64,000 bases of DNA from Adineta vaga (Eukaryota > Animalia > Rotifera): assembly GCA_021613535.1 (NCBI GenBank), contig CP075497.1, positions 2,232,001 to 2,296,000 on the forward strand, written 5' to 3'. How positions within the stretch are numbered: position 1 is the stretch's first letter; each line of letters begins with the position of its first letter. The notes under the pieces were generated by a model that searched no databases, was not told the origin of the DNA, and worked only from the letters and a program-made list of their open reading frames with translations. The position numbers were made by a program, and so were the translations under genes. Shown here piece by piece: positions 1 through 12,900 of this stretch.

Positions 1-782
1 GTTTTATACAAAACATGAATCGGAAGTATAAAATCAGTTAAATTTCGAAATATCGGATACCATCGTTGAATTCTAGAAGCATCATTTTCATCAATACAAC
101 GATATTGTGATAAACTACACACATATTCTGGAGATGAATATTTATCGATGGAAAGTATTTGGCCATTGAGATAATGTGGCATATCCAGAAGAACACGATC
201 CGATGAATCTGAATGTTCGAATAAAATGAAACATATCCCAGCAGTGTTTTCTTCTTCTAACATTTTAACGTCAAGAATATTTCCATATGTGCCGAAATAG
301 GAACGAATATTGACATCAGTAAAAAGAGAATCTGTTTTTTGAAAAATGATTAGTTTAGGAAAATAGTTTGAAAGAAAAAGAATTTCACCTGATGAATTCA
401 TTCGAATAACAATTCCAGGTGAAGATATTAATCGTTGACATTTTGGAATTGTATCTGGTAATAGACGTTTTATTGTTATGCCATATTCTTCATTAAATTG
501 ATCTCTTTTACTCATACATAGATCTACACAAGCTTTATCATTAAATTCAATAAATGCAAACGATTTTCCTATGAGAAAATTCACTAAAATTTATTCAAAT
601 TCGTTCTATTTCTATTCTTTACCTTCAAATCTTCTTTCATTATATGACATCATCTGACAATCAAGAATATATTGATCATCATTCATCGTTCCATGTTTCG
701 TAAAATATGCACATAACTTTTCCTGTGTCCAAATTTCATTATCGATTACACCAACAAATAATTGTCGAATCTTTACTGACAT
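1..782 (-). CDS. Two-RRM RNA-binding protein (hnRNP A/Musashi-like), 3' end outside the window
   Basis: ATG at 782 reads MSVKIRQLFVGVID (RNP2-like). After a GT-AG intron (622-569) comes GKSFAFIEF (RNP1-like). A second RRM-like block follows: IRSYFGTYGNILDV...GICFILFE...HYLNG. Confidence 0.75.
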
Positions 783-954
783 TTTAATCTATAGTAAAAA
801 GAAAACAAGAAGAAGAAAATTTCAATTCGTTTTTCTTTTATTTAACAATGAAAATACTGTTTAAATGCATTAGAAAGAAGGAAATATAAGAAAATAAATA
901 TTCGAAAATTAATTTCAAAACTAAAACAATGGACGGTTTAAACTAAACACGAAT

Positions 955-1977
955 TCATTGTTGATTGACAATATGTTCAATATCTATCGATAGAAACAAA
1001 ACAAAAATAATCAAATCTTATTCATTATTTTTCACTGACCATCATCCGCTGATTGATTCTTCGTTGAACATTGACATTCATTCATTTGTTTTCGTATTTG
1101 ATCAAGATTCAATTGAAGTTTAGTTAAAATAAAAGTTGTCTATGGATATAGAAATGAAATTTAATGAATATTTAATGAAAGTCTTTACTTTATCGGTTGA
1201 ATTATATACAAAATGAGCTAATTGATCGAAAGATTTCGATAATACTTCATTGATATCGTCGAATTTTTCGAGAGATTTCCTTTCTAAATGTCGATGTTTC
1301 GATGGAATCATATCTTTATCATTGAGTAACGTATGTATTTGTAATTTTTGTAACTGATTATAAATCAGAGAGAGATTCCAATGCTCCAATGTATTCAAAC
1401 GAGTTCTTAATTGTTCAATTGTTGATAAAGCATTATTCAATTCAACTTTCGAATACTTTCTTTCGACTAATTCAATTGAAAAAACAAACAAACAAATCTT
1501 AGTCAGAACAAAACATCTTCTTTACTTTCATTCATACGAATTGATAGATCTTGAACATTATTCTTCAATTGAATATTTGCGTAGATTAAACCGATACTAA
1601 AATGAAAATGAAATCATTTGAAAATAAGAAAAGAGTCTTACCATGTACTAAGAAAAATACAAATAACAGAAATAGTTAAAATTGATTGTAAATATTTCCA
1701 ATATAAAGAATGGCGAGATGTATGTCTAAAGAAGAGAATTCAAATTGATTCAGATGAAAGAATATAGTGAATTTTCTAACCGAGTGATGGATAGTTTTTG
1801 TTGAGGTAGAAATAATTCATCTTCGGAACTTCGGAGAATATCATTTGGATGGGTTTTTGTTAAACGAAACTTTAATAAATTATCGAGTTGTTTACGTTTT
1901 CGTATTTTTTTATTTGAATGACGTAGAATGTTCGAAGGTACTTCATTTACTTCGCAATCTTGAAAAATATCATCCAT
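955..1977 (-). CDS. EFCAB14-like type II membrane coiled-coil protein (spliced, about 6 exons)
   Basis: Manual splicing gives RKRKQLDNLL...SSEDELF...LTISVICIFLSTCIGLIYANIQLKNNVQDL followed by a coiled coil. This resembles the EFCAB14 N-terminus as recalled. No EF-hand was seen. Stop at 955-957. Confidence 0.55.
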
Positions 1978-2757
1978 TAGGATAAATTTATTCTACCGAT
2001 ATTGCTTGTGGAATTATTAGAAATACTTTGTAACCGAGAAAGACGGAAACAATATAAGAAATATCAATAAACATCTAAACAAGAAAGAAAAATATTTGTG
2101 TGAGTAATTTTATTTACTTAATATGAAAGAAACGATAAGAAAAGTAATTGTATTTGACGTTGTTTAGAATTTAATACATGTGGAGGTGGAAAGCAAAACG
2201 AAGATTTATAATTGATTTCATTTTTTATCGTTGTCGTGTTGTTCTACTCTATTCATTACATGGCAGTTGTAACCAGTCGCAAATATAAAGATAGAGGACG
2301 GTAGAAAACAGAAAGTTATGAATAGACGGAAGTAAGAGGAATAGATGATACTGAATGAAGTGTTGTAGTTCAATATTTATGAAAGAATAAACTTTTGAAG
2401 AATGATCAATTCAGCGTTATCCATAAAGTCTGTTCATCTTTTCTTTTTCTTTCTACGATCTTCTTATCTGAATTCAATATAGATCTTGTTTCTTCTAAAT
2501 TATATTTAATAGTTCATTTCTATAATATTCAAAATATCATAAAGGATTTGTTGGAATTCAAATATAATTTGAGGATGTTAATAGATATCTTGTTGACAAT
2601 TTGATACTGTTCTATGTGATCACTAAAAATTCATTTCTTTTTGTTGTATGATCTATTCAAATGCTGTTGTTCTGCACAACATCGAGTTAATTATATTCTT
2701 TTATTTTTGTGATATATCTTAACAACTGAAGTATGTTTAGGCTGAATAGGTGTTAAA

Positions 2758-3717
2758 CTAGTCGACATAATAGGCAAGTAAGTTAATCTCAGCATACTGG
2801 ACGAATTCACCTGTGCTGCGTTTCGATACAACAAGAATACGATAACTAGAATACCATTTTGTATTATTTACAATCCATTGTGGTACTCCCCAACTATATC
2901 GACCAGGATCAACATCGAGACCACATGAACCATTATAAATTAGATTCCAACTAGATCCAAATGTCAGTTGAGAAGGAGATTCATTGCTACCTTCGATACT
3001 AATCACAAGTGGATCACGTGCTGGAAAACTATTTGCTGTACCAAATACGAAACCTTGAAGTAATGAAGGTCCGCGACGAAGGGAAACATATAAACCCGTA
3101 TTTACACCACATTCAGCGTCATACAAACCAAATGTTGCATTACAAGAACCAAAGTTGATGTATTTAGTGTTGAGATTACCATCGAATACATTTATCGGAC
3201 TTTCACTTGCAACATAATTGCCACTACTAGTTCCAGATGTTGATGCAAAACTATCGTGACCAGCACTTGTATTCCAAATACCATACACAGTTTCATTCGT
3301 ACTGGTTACACTCGATGGAGCTAGAAAAATGAACAATTGTGATAGTAGATTCACTGGGAAAGAGCTCTATTCACAGATCCATATATTGAGTTTATTTCTG
3401 AGTGTGAACAGATACATACCAGGTAATGTCTTATTTCGAAATGTAAAAACACTTGTCATAGCATTTGTTGTCATCAAAGTAAGCGTACCTTGGTTTAATG
3501 ATGCCAAGTAAAGAATACAACGTTGTGTGATGGCAGAATACATTGCAGTAAGACACTTGGAATTACTGAAACAGAGACAAATGCAGTTGAATTGAGAGTT
3601 GACTCCAGTGATATTACTAAGAACTACATCTCTATTATCTGGATTAAATTTTGCATTATTAATGAGCGTCACAGCAGATGAAAGCGAAAAGAGGGTGATA
3701 ATAAGTACCCAGTTCAT
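2758..3717 (-). CDS. Secreted PAN/Apple domain + F5/8 (discoidin/CBM32)-like domain protein, copy A
   Basis: Signal peptide MNWVLIITLFSLSSA and Apple-type cysteines (CICLCFSNSKC...CILY). Donor at 3419 and acceptor at 3321 join in frame to a domain containing NVFDGNLNTKY and GTANSFPARDP...IEGSN. Confidence 0.75.
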
Positions 3718-4538
3718 GTTTTTTCACAAGAATTAAACAAATAATAATGATGTGAATAAATTTTCTTTTATTTCTTTTGTAGGAAAAAAAAACTATTGTA
3801 CTGTGAAAGTAATTATTTTAAATAAATCAAAAGTACTTCGAATTTCTTCGAGGAAATAATAATATTATCATAGAAAGTTTGTTGAGATGTTAATAAATGT
3901 TGAATGGAATTCTCTCTTATATAAATTATACATTTACAAGTTAGCATGTAAGTTTCTAACTTTTTTATCCAATGAAGTATATTCAATAGAATTTTTTTGG
4001 TGTTTTAGATAAAAACAATCGATAGTATTTTTTTCTTTTTTATGGCGAATCAAACTAAATAAATATATATGAAAAGACTTTCTTCGAAATCACTTCAGAG
4101 ATGACCTAAAGAATCGGAATGGAATCGAGATCAACAAAATATTCAATAATATCCGTTTTGTTATTTCTCACGAGAAGAGGAAAGTTCTTAAAGAGAATGT
4201 TCTCAGTTTGTTTTAGTTAAAAATATTGTATTAGTTATTTTGTAACAACGACTATATGTATGTCGAACATTCTCTGTTCCCGCCAGTATGAATTTTACAT
4301 ATATGTTCTAGTTATATACAATTCGTAGTTGAAATTGGTAATTAACTTTGATCAAATGATCGATATTTATATCAAAATTAATAAAACTAATACGAAATTT
4401 TTTCTTCAACTAAATAAAATACGTTGAATAAACGAAAGAGACAGTTGTGAATCTGCATGTGATTGTTACATTAAACATATCGATTCATCTTACTCGGTCT
4501 GTGAAATGAGGATGCATATGAGAATGTGAGTATAGATA

Positions 4539-5851
4539 ATGCTACAAGACGGAGAACATTCACTCAATGTCTTCTGTGTTAAAGCATATATTTGTTGTTT
4601 CAATCTATTTCCCACAATTAATCCAGATGAAATCCGACTACGAGTGCAACGTCAAATCACACGATTTTACCTATTCATTCTTCTCACAATGCTTATCATT
4701 GTTTTTCTTTGCATAATCCTTCCATTTCATACAGAAATTGTATCAGAATATTCTCCTTCACTTATCGAATACCAACATCTTTACAATTGCCCTAATCTTC
4801 AATGTTCTTGTTCTTCTGTAGCTATTTCTTATTCATCATTTTTATCATTAACATTACCAACATATCATCAAATTTGTTCATCGGATTTTATTTCACAAAA
4901 ATGGATCTCATTGATGTTTGCACCAAGTATCGATCAGTATCTTGCCGATACTACCTATCAAGGTTCATCACATTACAATCTAACTCAATATTCTGTAACA
5001 GACTATCGAACCATAGCCACCTATCATTTTCAACTTCTTGCCACATTCTGTCAATTATCAAACTCGACGATTGTAGCTGCATTAGAACAATTATCAACTC
5101 AATAGTTCGTGAATGCTTTTCTTCTTACATCACAAGAATTCGACATGCAAATGACATCATTGAAGAATCAATTAACAGAAACAGTAACCACCACATTTAC
5201 TCAAAGTCTCCGTTTAATTCGAATCGCAATGCATAAAAATGCTCTTTTCACTATTGCGACAAGGAATTGGCAGTTTTTTTCTGATTCTCCCAAAGCTTTC
5301 GTCACTATTCATACGAAACCCATCATTTATAACATGTCGACAACTAGTTGTTCTTGTGCTTTAACACCATTATGTGCACAAGTTGCTACAATTGATAATA
5401 TTATCCTTCCTGGTCTAATGGTAGGTTGTTTTCCACTAGAATCACTTCTGAAATCGAATTTGAACTACTGTATAATCAAACACTTGTTAATTTCTTATCG
5501 AGAGATAACAATAATACATTTAAAGCATTGAATAGAACATTTCGGAGTCGATATGAGCCTAGTTTAACAACAGTCGAATCAATTTTATCTCAACTGATGA
5601 CTGAACAATGGGAACCAATGATAAATGCAACATCTTATAATCATTATTATAGTCAATGTTCGCCCTCATCATGTACATTTCAAGATAATAATCGACGAAG
5701 TCTAATTGCCAGTTTAACAAGTTTAATTGCATTTGCTGGAGGTTTGTCAATTGGTTTGAGAAGCATTATCATGCCTTGTCTTATCAAAATTATTTATTTG
5801 AGAAAACGACGACTTATTCAACTTCAATCGATTGGTGAAGAAACTATTTAA
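4539..5851 (+). pseudogene. Interrupted two-TM protein with a large Cys-rich extracellular loop (uncharacterised expanded family)
   Basis: TM1 (TRFYLFILLTMLIIVFLCII), then CSCS, HQICSSDF, GCFPLESLL and YYSQCSPSSC, then TM2 (LIAFAGGLSIGLRSII). In-frame TAG at 5103-5105 and a 1-nt frameshift near 5460. Confidence 0.7.
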
Positions 5852-6381
5852 CGGCATTGATCATGAACTTGTAAAATAACCTAAATAATGATCATATTTT
5901 ATTAGTCATTATCGAATATTCTATTTATAAAGCATAACATTGATTTATTTATAAATTTACCTTATAAACAAGAAGGAAAAAACCAAGTATGAAAAATTGA
6001 AAGAAACGAGTGTCAGTATATTGATTTGTAATTGTAAAACATGACACATGAAAAAGGTAGCGTCAAAGTAAGTATTACACGTATTTTGAAATCAGCGCTC
6101 ATTGAGAGACCACTCCTTCTCCTCCTCCTCCGTCGTTTTCACTGACTACCCGAGGTTAAAATCAAGACGTCTTTTTACTTTGAAAAGAAATATTCGATTA
6201 ATTCAAAATTGTTTATGTATATTTTCTCACAAACTTTGTAAATGATATATTAAAGTCTATAAAATATATATAACACATTTATATCATACCGTGTCGAAAC
6301 GTTTATATATTAGGGACAACATAGTTTCTTTGTTGTATGCAGATATTATTCATTTGAAACAAGGTAAACATCTAGACCAGA

Positions 6382-7571
6382 ATGAATGGAATTGACTGCA
6401 CAACAAACATTACTGCTTGTATGGTGAGTTATAATTTAACATTTTGTCAATCCGAAAACAATCTTTGCCAAGCAGATCATGGCTATTGTATCCATAATAA
6501 AGGAACCAATATCAGTAGTTGTTTATGTTTGCCATGTTTTACAGGAGAATTTTGTAAAGAAGACAAATATTCTAAAAATCTATGGATTTTATCTATGACA
6601 CCTATTCAAACATCAAACGGTATTCCTGTTCTATGTATCATAGATATTGTTTTATCAATCATTCTATTCATAAATGGTATAGTTTGTCTACAAACATATT
6701 TATATAGTGAAAGAATACGAACAACAAATCTGGGTATATATTTGATAATGTTATCTATAGTTTCCATGATATTTGGTATTGAACACGTGGTATTAGTTAC
6801 ACTAAATCTTAGCAACATGAACTTAATACAAGCCGATGTATTTGCCAAAATATTTTGTTTTATTTATGTAAAATATGTAAACACATCTCTTATTTATATG
6901 TACATTTGGTTTACGACCAGTATTGCTATTGAGCGTGCATTACTTCAGTGCTTTCATTATGGAATATTTGATACAAGACGACGTTCATTTATTACTTCCA
7001 TAGTCATCATTGTTCTCGTTCGTTAAGCACATTACCTGGCACATTTAATGTTCGTCAAAGTCGATTTGAACAATTTCCAAGTGTTGAATGTGTCAATTTT
7101 ACTCCAAAAGGTTACGTCATTTTTATGATTATTTCATACATCCATTTGATCGCTTTTATACTTATTTACATTATGATGAACGTCATAGTGCTAGTCCATT
7201 TGTTGAGACATCGACATCGATTAACAAACGATGGCTCTTTGCTAGAAGATATCCTTCTGATTTTGAAAAAACACAAGGACTTCTTTGTTCCATATTTAAT
7301 TCAGGTTATTGGATTATCACCAAGTTTCATACTGGAATTTACTATGACTTGTTCGACCGGCAGTAGTGTCCGCGTAGCATGGTTATATCTTATTTTCAGT
7401 ATATTTGCAACTGTACCATTTATTTTGACATTTTATCTTTGTATCTACTTATCTTCAGTGTATATGGAAGAATTTTGGACAACGTCATTGTTAGGAAAAC
7501 TTGTTCTCAAACTGAAAATTAAAATACAAATCCTTCTACAGATTCGTAAATCTAACGGTGACAATATCTAG
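6382..7571 (+). pseudogene. EGF-like domain + rhodopsin-type 7TM receptor, frameshifted near 7021 (pseudogene or assembly error)
   Basis: EGF-like CQADHGYC...CLCLPCFTGEFC, several TM helices and a DRY-equivalent AIERAL. Restoring one base near 7021 joins ORF 6382-7026 to ORF 7125-7571 through LSTLPGTF...ECVNFTP. Confidence 0.7.
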
Positions 7572-8052
7572 TATATATCTTTTCAATGACTAGAGAATCT
7601 AACTAGAGAACTATATAAGATGTGATGTAATTTAAGTTACTAATAAAGTATCGAATTTTGTTTCTGATTCATAGATTTCTTGTGAACAGCAAGACTGTTT
7701 AACAGATTACATACTAAAAACATATAAATTACGATCATTCCTTGTTCGTTCTTTTGAAAAATAAACTTTTTAAGATCGGCTTTCTCATTTGACTTCTCTG
7801 TAAACTTCTAAAAGAAGTGAGGTAAAATCATGAAAAGGTGAGGTGCATTTTCATGAACTAAACATCGTGAGTATAATAAATAACGAACACATCTTCTAAA
7901 GATGATACTAAGCTGCAACAGCTATATATTTGAAATTCAGAAAGAATTACGAGAGACCGTAGAGCCATTTAAAGATTTGCAAAATAATAAATTTTTAAGG
8001 GATGATAGATTGACTGTTATTCATAAAACCTTTAGGTTCGATAGATGTTAAA

Positions 8053-9012
8053 CTAGTCGACATAATAGGCAAGTAAGTTAATCTCAGCATACTGGACGAA
8101 TTCACCTGTGCTGCGTTTCGATACAACAAGAATACGATAACTAGAATACCATTTTGTATTATTTACAATCCATTGTAGTACTCCCCAACTATATCGACCA
8201 GGATCAACATCGAGACCACATGAACCATTATAAACTAGACTCCAACTAGATCCAAATGTCAGTTGAGAAGGAGATTCATTGCTACCTTCGATACTAATCA
8301 CAAGTGGATCACGTTCTGGAAAACTATTTGCTGTACCAAATACGAAACCTTGAAGTAATGAAGGTCCGCGACGAATGGAAACATATAAACCCGTATTTAC
8401 ACCACATTCAGCGTCATACAAACCAAATGTTGCATTACAAGAACCAAAGTTGATGTATTTAGTATTGAAACTATTATCAAATACATTTATCGGACCTTCA
8501 CTTGTAACATAATTGCCACTACTAGTTCCAGCTGATGATGCAAAACTATCTTGACCAGCACTTGTATTCCAAATACCATACACAGTTTCATTCGTATTGG
8601 TTACACTTGATGGAGCTAGAAAAATGAACAAATGTGACAGTAGATTCACTGGGAAAGAGCTCTATTCACAGATCCATATATTGAGTTTATTTCTGAGTGT
8701 GAATAGATACATACCAGGTAATGTCTTATTTCGAAATGTAAAAACACTTGTCATAGCATTTGTTGTCATCAAAGTAAGCGTACATTGGTTTAATGATGCC
8801 AAGTAAAGAATACAACGTTGTGTGATGGCAGAATACATTGCAGTAAGACACTTGGAATTACTGAAACAGAGACAAATGCAGTTGAATTGAGAGTTGACTC
8901 CAGTGATATTACTAAGAACTACATCTCTATTATCTGGATTAAATTTTGCATTATTAATGAGCGTCACAGCAGATGAAAGCGAAAAGAGGGTGATAATGAG
9001 TACCCAGTTCAT
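8053..9012 (-). CDS. Secreted PAN/Apple domain + F5/8-like domain protein, copy B
   Basis: Same structure as 2758-3717, with about 15 amino-acid differences counted by eye. Confidence 0.75.
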
Positions 9013-9937
9013 GTTTTTTCAGAAGAGTTACACAAAGAATAATGATTAAGATGTATTTACTCTTATTTTTTGTACGCCCGAAAAATTAATATGATACTTG
9101 AAGCATTCTAATAAAAATATGTTTTTCACATGTATACAAAAAGTCGTGATTTTCTTCAACAAATACTACTTTGTTTATCAAAAAATCGTCATATTTCTAC
9201 CGAAAATTGTCTCTAATGCAAACCCTTATGGAATAATTACACGCAGCTATTTAAATCATTGAAGATGTCTTACTTCTTCAACGACATGATCGATACCATT
9301 CATGAGCAAGCATGTATGCACTCACACGACCATTTTTAAGTATTTAGTATCAAAGTTGAATTAAAACCTAATGATATTGAGCAATAGAGATCGATTAAAG
9401 AATTTGAAGAGCATTAGTAAAACTAGTAGCAATATCTAATTATATTAATTAGAAAACAATATATGCTGTTACTGCTCTAAAATCTTTATTGGTATCTCGT
9501 AATGCACAAGGATACTTTTAGCGACTTTTTCAAACGATGAGTAATTGTTAGAACCGTTCGATCTTGAAATGTTTTTCGAATCACATTTTGAATCATCTCA
9601 CTAGTATCTTAATCGAAATGATGACGAACGAATTATTTCAATTGAACTTCTTCGAATGCCATCACACAATGTTGATCGAAATAATCGTTACAGATTACAA
9701 TTTCATGAAGCAGTATCGCTTGTACGACATGTGAAAGTAAAAACTAATGGAGATCGATAAGTTCGATTCTAAATCTACACTGATAAAAAAAACTTGAACT
9801 TCTAAATCTTTTTGCATATCTATATATATTTTTCAATTGAATTCAAATTGCTTTATAAATAAATGGTCAAGAACTTGAAAGACCGAAAAAAAAGAATCAT
9901 ATACAAAGACATAAAGAGTACCATAAATTGCTCACGA

Positions 9938-12900
9938 CTAATCAAGCAAATAGAAGACAAGTTCAAGAATAAGCGTTGGAGCTGAACGTGAAACATTGTC
10001 TGATGCTTTCATTACAATTGGAATCATATGATCATCAAGTTGACTTAGAAAGAATGGCGATAATTGTTCACCATTTGAACCGGCTATATATGAAGCCTAA
10101 AAGAAAAAACCAAATTATTCAATATAAAGTTGATTTTGTTTTTCTAACTAACATTTTCTCGATCGATGGTAACACGTAAACCTAATTTTCGATATTTTGC
10201 TTCCATAAGCATATCAATAAAAGGTGTTAATGATTGTGTAAAAGCTTTTGCAAGTGAATCAGCTAAACGTGTTGGATCGAAAGATTCATTATTATTCAAA
10301 TGACATTCAATAAAATATAAATCTGTCCATCGGAGACGAAATAATGGTGAACGTTGACCAGCATAATGTATACGTGAATTACGAATTCCATCCATTGGAA
10401 AATGATCAATCGGTGAACGAACTCTATATAGAAAAATGCAGAAAGAAAATTTTAATACAAAGACAAATCGTTCTTACCCTCGATTAACATCATTATCATC
10501 ATCAATCCATAAAAATTCAACTAATTGTTCACTTGAACATCTCTTTACAATATTTCCATTAATGGAATCTTTTTCTTCTTCATTTACAATCGATCGAGCT
10601 TTCGCTAATATAGCATAATCTTTTCGTTCTCGTAAACATTGTTTAAGCACTTTCAGTGCATCACCATCAATTTGTAACATAATTCCATCTTCAATGGCAT
10701 TGACTTTAGCATTTAAATTATTATTTGATGAAAAACTTCCACTAGTTTGATTATCTAATGGTGAACTGGATGGACTATCACGAGAACGAAGACTTGCATT
10801 AATCACAAGAAAATTTGCACCAATCATAGTTTGTTCATTTGTTGAATTTAATGATGAGAATACACGTGTTTCATATTGTTGATCGGAAGAATTTTGTATT
10901 GTTACAAGATGTTTTGAATGTATTTGACGATTAACATTTAAAATACCGAAACTTAAAGCATGTGGACTACTTTGTTCAAGTGATTTTAATATATCATCAT
11001 GACGATTACGTGGAATACGTATCGATACAGAACCTTGCATACCAACTGATATAATCAAACCACGTATTGTAGGTAAAACATAAGTAAATGAACGAAAATC
11101 CTATACGAAAAAAAAATTAAAATTAAAAACTAAATTCTTCGAATATTTACACAAAGTAAACTCATTATTGTTTGTTGAGTATCACTAAATATTGCATCAC
11201 GATTGAGTATACTAAATAATGGCCATGGGTAACCTACGAAAGATTTGATTTACTCAACAAGAAAATGATTTCAAAGTTTTACTTTGATATTCATAGCCTA
11301 AGCGAAGTAGAAGTCGTAGAGGAAAACATTGTGCTGTTGGTAATTCTAATCGATCAATCAGAATACCGAATAGATATGGGGCATCAGGAAATAAAGTATA
11401 GGTTGCTGTTGAATCAGCAATATAAAGAAATCCAGCAGTTGTTGATGATGTAAGAAATGTTGAAGAATTTGATGAAAATGATAAACTCAAATGACGAACA
11501 AATGATCCTGAATAAAGACAACGAATGATTAGTTTTTTTGAAGAATCAGATAAGTTCTTTTTTTTTCTAAACCTTTAGTTGCATCATTATATATCTGATA
11601 AATATGATTAAGAAGATCAGAAATGATCTCATTTGCATTGGTTAAATTATCATCAAAGATAAAAATAAGTTCATCTTGTGCAACAGTACATAAACCACGA
11701 GTAAAAAATATCCAACAACGTTTCGTATTTCGATTTAAATAACAATCAACTAAAGAGATGAAAAGTAAATATTTATAATGAAAATTCATATTATTATCAT
11801 TCATTACAATCATCAACGATTTTACTAATCACAGTCAAATTGCTATGAAGCTGAAATTCTACCGGTGGTTCATTTGAATCTAGAATCATAAAATGTATTT
11901 AAAGAATGCGTAAAAATAGAGTAAACCTGTCAATTGTCGTATTCGATCTTCAAGTTCTTCTGTTGTTAATGTTTCTATATAAAATCAAATCATATTCTTA
12001 TGTCTATTTACCAAAAAGATTTCATATCAAACCTAATTTGAATGACGTTGATTGTTCTGTATCATTTTCATTCGTACGTATTTTATGTATTGACATGATA
12101 TTACTTGCTGCTGCTGCTCCTGCCGTTGTAGATGTAGGGATTTGTTCACCAGGTTTGACGCCATCATCAAATGTTACTGACTTTTTATGTTCAAAACCTT
12201 GTCTACTAATAGGATTTGTTCCTGTTGCTGTTGACGAGGAGATAGATACACCTGAAATAGGTTAATGGAAGTAAAAAAAAGAATCTTTAAAGTGTTAATG
12301 AAGTTTTTGAAAGAAGAACTTTTCTTTTTGATCTTTCATCTACTTCAATTCTAAAAAAAGGAGTAAGGTTATTTATTCATTTCTCTTGAGAGCATAGATC
12401 AGAAGAGTATTGTACGTAAAAAAAAGCGCTGATAGCAGTTCCTTGGCTTCTCTTGCGAAAAAATCGAAGGAAGTTGTAGTAAATCTTATTGAAATAACCT
12501 TCGTGTACAGAGAAACAGTTGCTGGCATGGTAGCGGAATAGAAGGGGCTTTATTATTTCGTTTNNNNNNNNNNNNNNNNNNNNNNNAAACTCAACATATT
12601 CATACCATACACAATTCTTTTCAGTTAAATAACTTTCTTCTTCTTCTTCTCAATTCTCGATTATATTCAATATTTTTAAGATAAAATGGGTACTACCTAT
12701 GATTATACATATGATTATAATGTTAGAGATTCCAATAAGACTCATCAAAATCATACTGGTGTTTCTCGTGGAACAAATCATACTCAACGATCAACTGGTC
12801 ATCAACAACCAAATCATGGTTCAATAGGTTCAACATTTAATCGATCGAGTAATATCGATCCATTAGTAAATCTTCAACATGATCGTATATGGAATAAACT

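Larger units (their letters stand above)
2740..9040. repeat. Direct duplication of about 1 kb (about 2740-3750 and about 8035-9040)
   Basis: The two segments are near-identical over the whole gene, including the intron. Similarity decays just outside the ATG and the stop codon. Confidence 0.95.

Noticed and set aside
3355-3366. Possible 12-nt microexon within the Apple/F5-8 intron
   Set aside because: It is in frame but needs a 34-nt second intron. A single 99-nt intron explains the gene equally well.
5103-5105. Stop-codon readthrough or an alternative genetic code at the in-frame TAG
   Set aside because: TAG, TAA and TGA all act as normal stops in other genes here, and the same gene also has a frameshift.
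6060-6180. GC-richer patch with a CCT run, possibly a MITE fragment (similar patches at 12400-12560 and 49240-49440)
   Set aside because: No paired TIRs, target-site duplication or transposase could be identified.
9550-9760. Decayed coding-like fragment (FDLEMFFESHF...)
   Set aside because: It is short, has an internal stop and has no confident family match.
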